A stretch of 63,006 nt of DNA, counting the filler, from Globobulimina sp. (Eukaryota): assembly GCA_003354225.1 (NCBI GenBank). It is 16 parts of 16 records of this genome, joined end to end, with 100 filler letters (N's around TTAATTAATTAA, not from the genome) between each part and the next. Parts side by side here need not be neighbours in the genome. Positions count along the whole stretch, not along the records: positions 59,168 to 63,006 come from PIVH01002013.1; 15 more parts are not named here. The stretch is one strand, 5' to 3'. Below the pieces are notes generated by a model. The model saw only the letters and a list, made by a program, of their open reading frames with translations. It searched no databases and was not told the DNA's origin. Every line of letters begins with the position of its first letter. Position 1 is the stretch's first letter. This document shows positions 59,168 to 63,006 of this stretch, piece after piece. Both the position numbers and the translations under genes were made by a program.

Positions 59168-61025
59168 GATGGCAAAAGGAAAGAATCACAATATACAGAG
59201 GAAATTTATTAGAGAGATTTCAAACTTCATATTTAACCATCACATGCAATCAAAATATGATATTAGATAAAGATTATGTTTTCATATGCAATTTCCAGAA
59301 GCGTTTCTCACCTCAACATTTACGGGGCAGTGTTTCTCGGTTTCTGCAGTTAACATCCGTGGCCATGACTGTATCAATGGTGATGTTGGATTTTGGCAAG
59401 CAAGTTGGTATTCACTTCATATTGATTCTGCCAAAGCAATTTGTAGCTGTCATAGTTGGACTTCAGATGCCAATCAAGCAGGTCATGGTGAAGATAATTT
59501 TGGGCGTTTTGAAATTATTAATGCAGATCATGCATGTTCAAGCAATGATAAATCGACCACTGATCATTGGGTTGGCTCACTCAGAGCCATTACACAAATA
59601 ACTGACACCGATTATGATACCGATGCTGATGAAGATAATAATGTTAAATTAAGCAATGATTATTTGTGGAGCAAAGCATGCAGCAATGTGGATGAAAGCA
59701 GTAAAGAAGTTATTTACGGTGGAAGTTGGAGAGATTGTATTGAGCAATGCGCGGAGTTTGGAAGTGATTGTAAAATGACAAATTACTTTAGTTATTTTAA
59801 AAGTGCCGATGATTCAAGATGTTATATATTCGATGACTTGTGTAAAATCACACAGGATGCAAATAACAACAATGATACAAACAGGTCAAGGATTGCATAC
59901 AATATATTTGAGGAAGAATGTGTTAATTATCCAGCTGAATGGAGAGATAATATCGGTGATTCATGCGATTATTATGAGAGATATGAATGGTGTGATGACA
60001 ATATGATATTAAAAAATAAAAACGAGTTTGACAGTCTAATTGATTCCAGATACGGTTTAACAGCAATCCAATCATGTTGTGAATGCGGTGGAGGATTACA
60101 TATAATGGATAATGTTGCAATGAGCTATGATGATGATTGGACGCGTAATGGAATATTATGCAACTCGAGCTCTGATATTGATGTGTCACTAAAATATAGA
60201 AGGTGGGGTAATTTGGTGTTATATAGTCTGTGTAATTATGTTACGGTTGGTAATGTTTGTGACTTTTTACTTGATACAGAATTTAGAGAAAGAAATACTT
60301 CATATTCGTTGTTCATTTGTGAAAATACGGAAGCAGATCATAGAAATAATACATATGATTTTATAATGGAATTCAATATGAATATTGAAGCAAAAAGCTA
60401 TGAGCTCTATATTAATTCGTTGTGGTTTGATATTGACAAATCATATTATTCAGAATCAATTGATATTAATTATATGAATTATACACAATGTAAACGCAAT
60501 ATTTTAGGCAAAAATAATGAAAATTATAATGTTTCTGAATATTATGTTAATGGAGTTCATGTGTGCTATTTATTAGACACAGACGATTATGCCGAATCTA
60601 GTACTGATAAAGTGCTGATTATACTGATTATATGCTTTGGAATATTGATTGTATGCACTGGAATATGTATTATCACAATATTGATTGGAAGCGGTAAAAT
60701 GTGTTCAAATAAGACCAAGTCAAAAGACAAAAAACAGTATGAAATGGCTGAAATGGCTGAAATGGCTAATAATAATGAAAATGAAAGAGGCAATATTAAT
60801 AATTGTAACATTGCATCAGCGCCAATATTGGAGGGTGGTGATGGTGGAGACGATGAATGTATTATATGTTGTCAAAACGCACCAAATATGTTTAATTATC
60901 CGTGTGGACATGTAACATATTGCAATATTTGCGCGATACCAGCGCTAAAACAAAACGATCGATGTCCAAACTGTAGAGTAAAAATAGAATGTAAACGTAT
61001 TTATAATTCTGGGTTTAGGTCCTGA
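59168..61025 (+). CDS. Single-pass membrane protein with a Cys-rich ectodomain and a cytoplasmic RING-HC E3 ligase domain (5' truncated)
   Basis: Cys-rich modules ('NIRGHDC..HIDS..EDNFG', PAN-like 'CIEQC', 'W.D..GDSC..Y'). TM 'VLIILIICFGILIV'. RING 'CIICC...YPCGH..YCNIC..CPNCR'. Confidence 0.8.
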
Positions 61026-61185
61026 TCGATATCATATGGGAGTTTAATTTGGTTTTTTTGCACTTGTAGTGCTAACTTATTCTCAATACATCATAGAAGA
61101 AATATACGTTCTATGATGGTATCAGTTGCTTTAACTACATTTGACTTTTCAGCGTCAGAAAACATTTGCATGGATACTTTACAAC

Positions 61186-63006
61186 ATGTCAACTAAATCC
61201 AAAGCAATACACGAATATTTTACAGCACCCGAAATAATTTACATCTCCAATGATGATTATTTCAAAAGTAATCAAGACAAATTAGAATTTAGTCATAAAT
61301 ATATCAACATTGACAATTCATCAGTGACTAAGCAATGTATCGATATTGATGAGCAATTTAATGTGGCATATATATGTAATATAAAATTTGAACCATTGCA
61401 AAAGAATTTAGTTTTAAAATTTAAAAACAAGCAAGCAAAGAAAAGAAAACGTAAAAAAAAACACACAGAAGAATCATATTTGAAGATGAAAGTACATAAT
61501 TTATTACATTTTATTCTTGATCGTAATGATACACAACGCTATGACGTGTCGAGTGTTTCTCAATTATTAATTTCCAAAATTAAGCAAATATTTAAATATC
61601 ATATTCAAGACAATCCGTCCATATTCAACACAAATAAAAAACTAATTACAGCCTGGAAATCTAAATTATTTTTCGTTATCGCCTTAGATTTATGTTATGA
61701 AAACATTACCAAATCGCGCAAATATGACATGAATTTTAGTATGCGTCGATTGGAAAAGATAATTGAATATCGAATAAATTATTTCATAGTAACACGCACA
61801 TTTTTTGGCCATACACTTAAATTGGATGGTATTCGCGCGTACGAATTAAATACACATAATTTCAACCAATTAGCATGGACAGAATTATATTTTGATAAAC
61901 GATGTGTTGTTTATGGCGGAGAGAATCTATTAAACTTCAAAGACGACACTTATATGGATTCAACTTGTTCGTATGCAGTACAATTAGGTAATATTGTCGA
62001 TGATATCAAGCAGGTATTGGGAGAGGAAGAGTGTAGTTATAATGTTTCACAACAAATAAATATTAAACAGTTATTGATTGGCAACAGAAATAAAATTATA
62101 AAAATATGTAAAAAGAGTAGACATAATAAAAGTAATAAGAAGGCATCGGCACCGAACAGCGATGCTTTATATATCATAAATAACATCGATAAATGTGATA
62201 TTGTACAAATATATAGCGATAAATGTAGTAATTTATTAGATAGAATGAAAAGAGATTTATTCATTGCCAAAAAACAACGTGAAATAAATACAAAGAAAAA
62301 CGTTAAATTAGAATTGAAAGTAATCAAATTAACAGAAAGTGTAAACAATTTGATAGACATAAAAGAGCAAAAAAAGGAACCGTATCAAAATGAAATTGTT
62401 ACACAACAAAACTTCATCCGAGCACAAGTTGAATTTTATTTAAGTGACTATAATCTCAAGAAAAATAAACGTTTATTACTCAAAATGTCCACTGAACCAG
62501 AAAGGGGTTATTTGCCGGTGGAGGAAATATTAAAATTATTCAATTCATCCATTTCGCACAGCCAATTGTATGAATCGTTAAAAAACTCGCCATATATTGA
62601 TATGATATTACACGAAAAAGAAACTGAAGACGAAAACGATAAAAATAATAAAATGATATATGGAAAAGTCAAGATATTGGGCAGAATGCAGAAAAAAGAA
62701 GATCTCGAATTAGAAGAATTCCATCCAATATATGTAGGGAGAAAACATTTTACATTGTGCTTAAATACAAATATACAAAAACAGAAACAGAAACAGTTTG
62801 CAATTATAAACAACATACAAAGAAAGAAAACATTATCATTCGATTCTGAATTAGGAAATTTATTACGTACATTGCCAATGCATGGCGTGATTGAGTATGA
62901 TGCAAAGAATACATTTTGGATTGTTAAATTGGGAAATGAATGGCAAGAAAATACAGCAAACTTCGCACAATTAACGGATAAAATATATTGCAATGAAGTA
63001 TGGTAC
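61186..63006 (+). CDS. La-motif-containing protein (3' truncated; not in the supplied ORF track)
   Basis: Frame is open from ATG 61186 to the window end (about 600 aa). La motif 'FIRAQVEFYLSDYNLKKNKRLL...GYLPVEEIL' at ~62410-62540. Confidence 0.75.
   Translation, partial: MSTKSKAIHEYFTAPEIIYISNDDYFKSNQDKLEFSHKYINIDNSSVTKQCIDIDEQFNVAYICNIKFEPLQKNLVLKFKNKQAKKRKRKKKHTEESYLKMKVHNLLHFILDRNDTQRYDVSSVSQLLISKIKQIFKYHIQDNPSIFNTNKKLITAWKSKLFFVIALDLCYENITKSRKYDMNFSMRRLEKIIEYRINYFIVTRTFFGHTLKLDGIRAYELNTHNFNQLAWTELYFDKRCVVYGGENLLNFKDDTYMDSTCSYAVQLGNIVDDIKQVLGEEECSYNVSQQINIKQLLIGNRNKIIKICKKSRHNKSNKKASAPNSDALYIINNIDKCDIVQIYSDKCSNLLDRMKRDLFIAKKQREINTKKNVKLELKVIKLTESVNNLIDIKEQKKEPYQNEIVTQQNFIRAQVEFYLSDYNLKKNKRLLLKMSTEPERGYLPVEEILKLFNSSISHSQLYESLKNSPYIDMILHEKETEDENDKNNKMIYGKVKILGRMQKKEDLELEEFHPIYVGRKHFTLCLNTNIQKQKQKQFAIINNIQRKKTLSFDSELGNLLRTLPMHGVIEYDAKNTFWIVKLGNEWQENTANFAQLTDKIYCNEVWY

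Overview
This window is not one locus. It is 16 unrelated contigs of about 3.84 kb, sorted by length and joined by artificial 100-nt spacers (N44-TTAATTAATTAA-N44). Most of the DNA is an AT-rich, compact eukaryotic genome with short GT-AG introns. Gene content and style suggest a protist, most plausibly a foraminiferan or other rhizarian (inference). Recognisable host genes include IFT52, AP-2 mu, POMP/UMP1, serine palmitoyltransferase LCB2, a NIPA-type Mg2+ transporter, a NOT4-like RING protein, CAF1, MPP6, chitin synthase, a Nup133-like protein, and SDR, WD40, START, vWA, La-motif and RING proteins. Mobile DNA includes a DIRS/Ngaro-type retroelement, a Ty3/Gypsy gag-pol and a MITE-like element. 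The most notable element is an intron-containing, >1040-aa RAG1/Transib-like transposase. It appears to lack all four Zn ligands, and its putative left end (CACAATA) interrupts a host gene. Two contigs carry bacterial sequence joined directly to eukaryotic DNA: a nusA fragment, and an HD-domain dNTPase fused to a PD-(D/E)xK-like domain (candidate anti-phage effector). Two contigs have identical 119-nt ends, so they are circular in the assembly graph. There are also two structured non-coding candidates: a 61-bp hairpin, and a folded leader upstream of the Mg2+ transporter.
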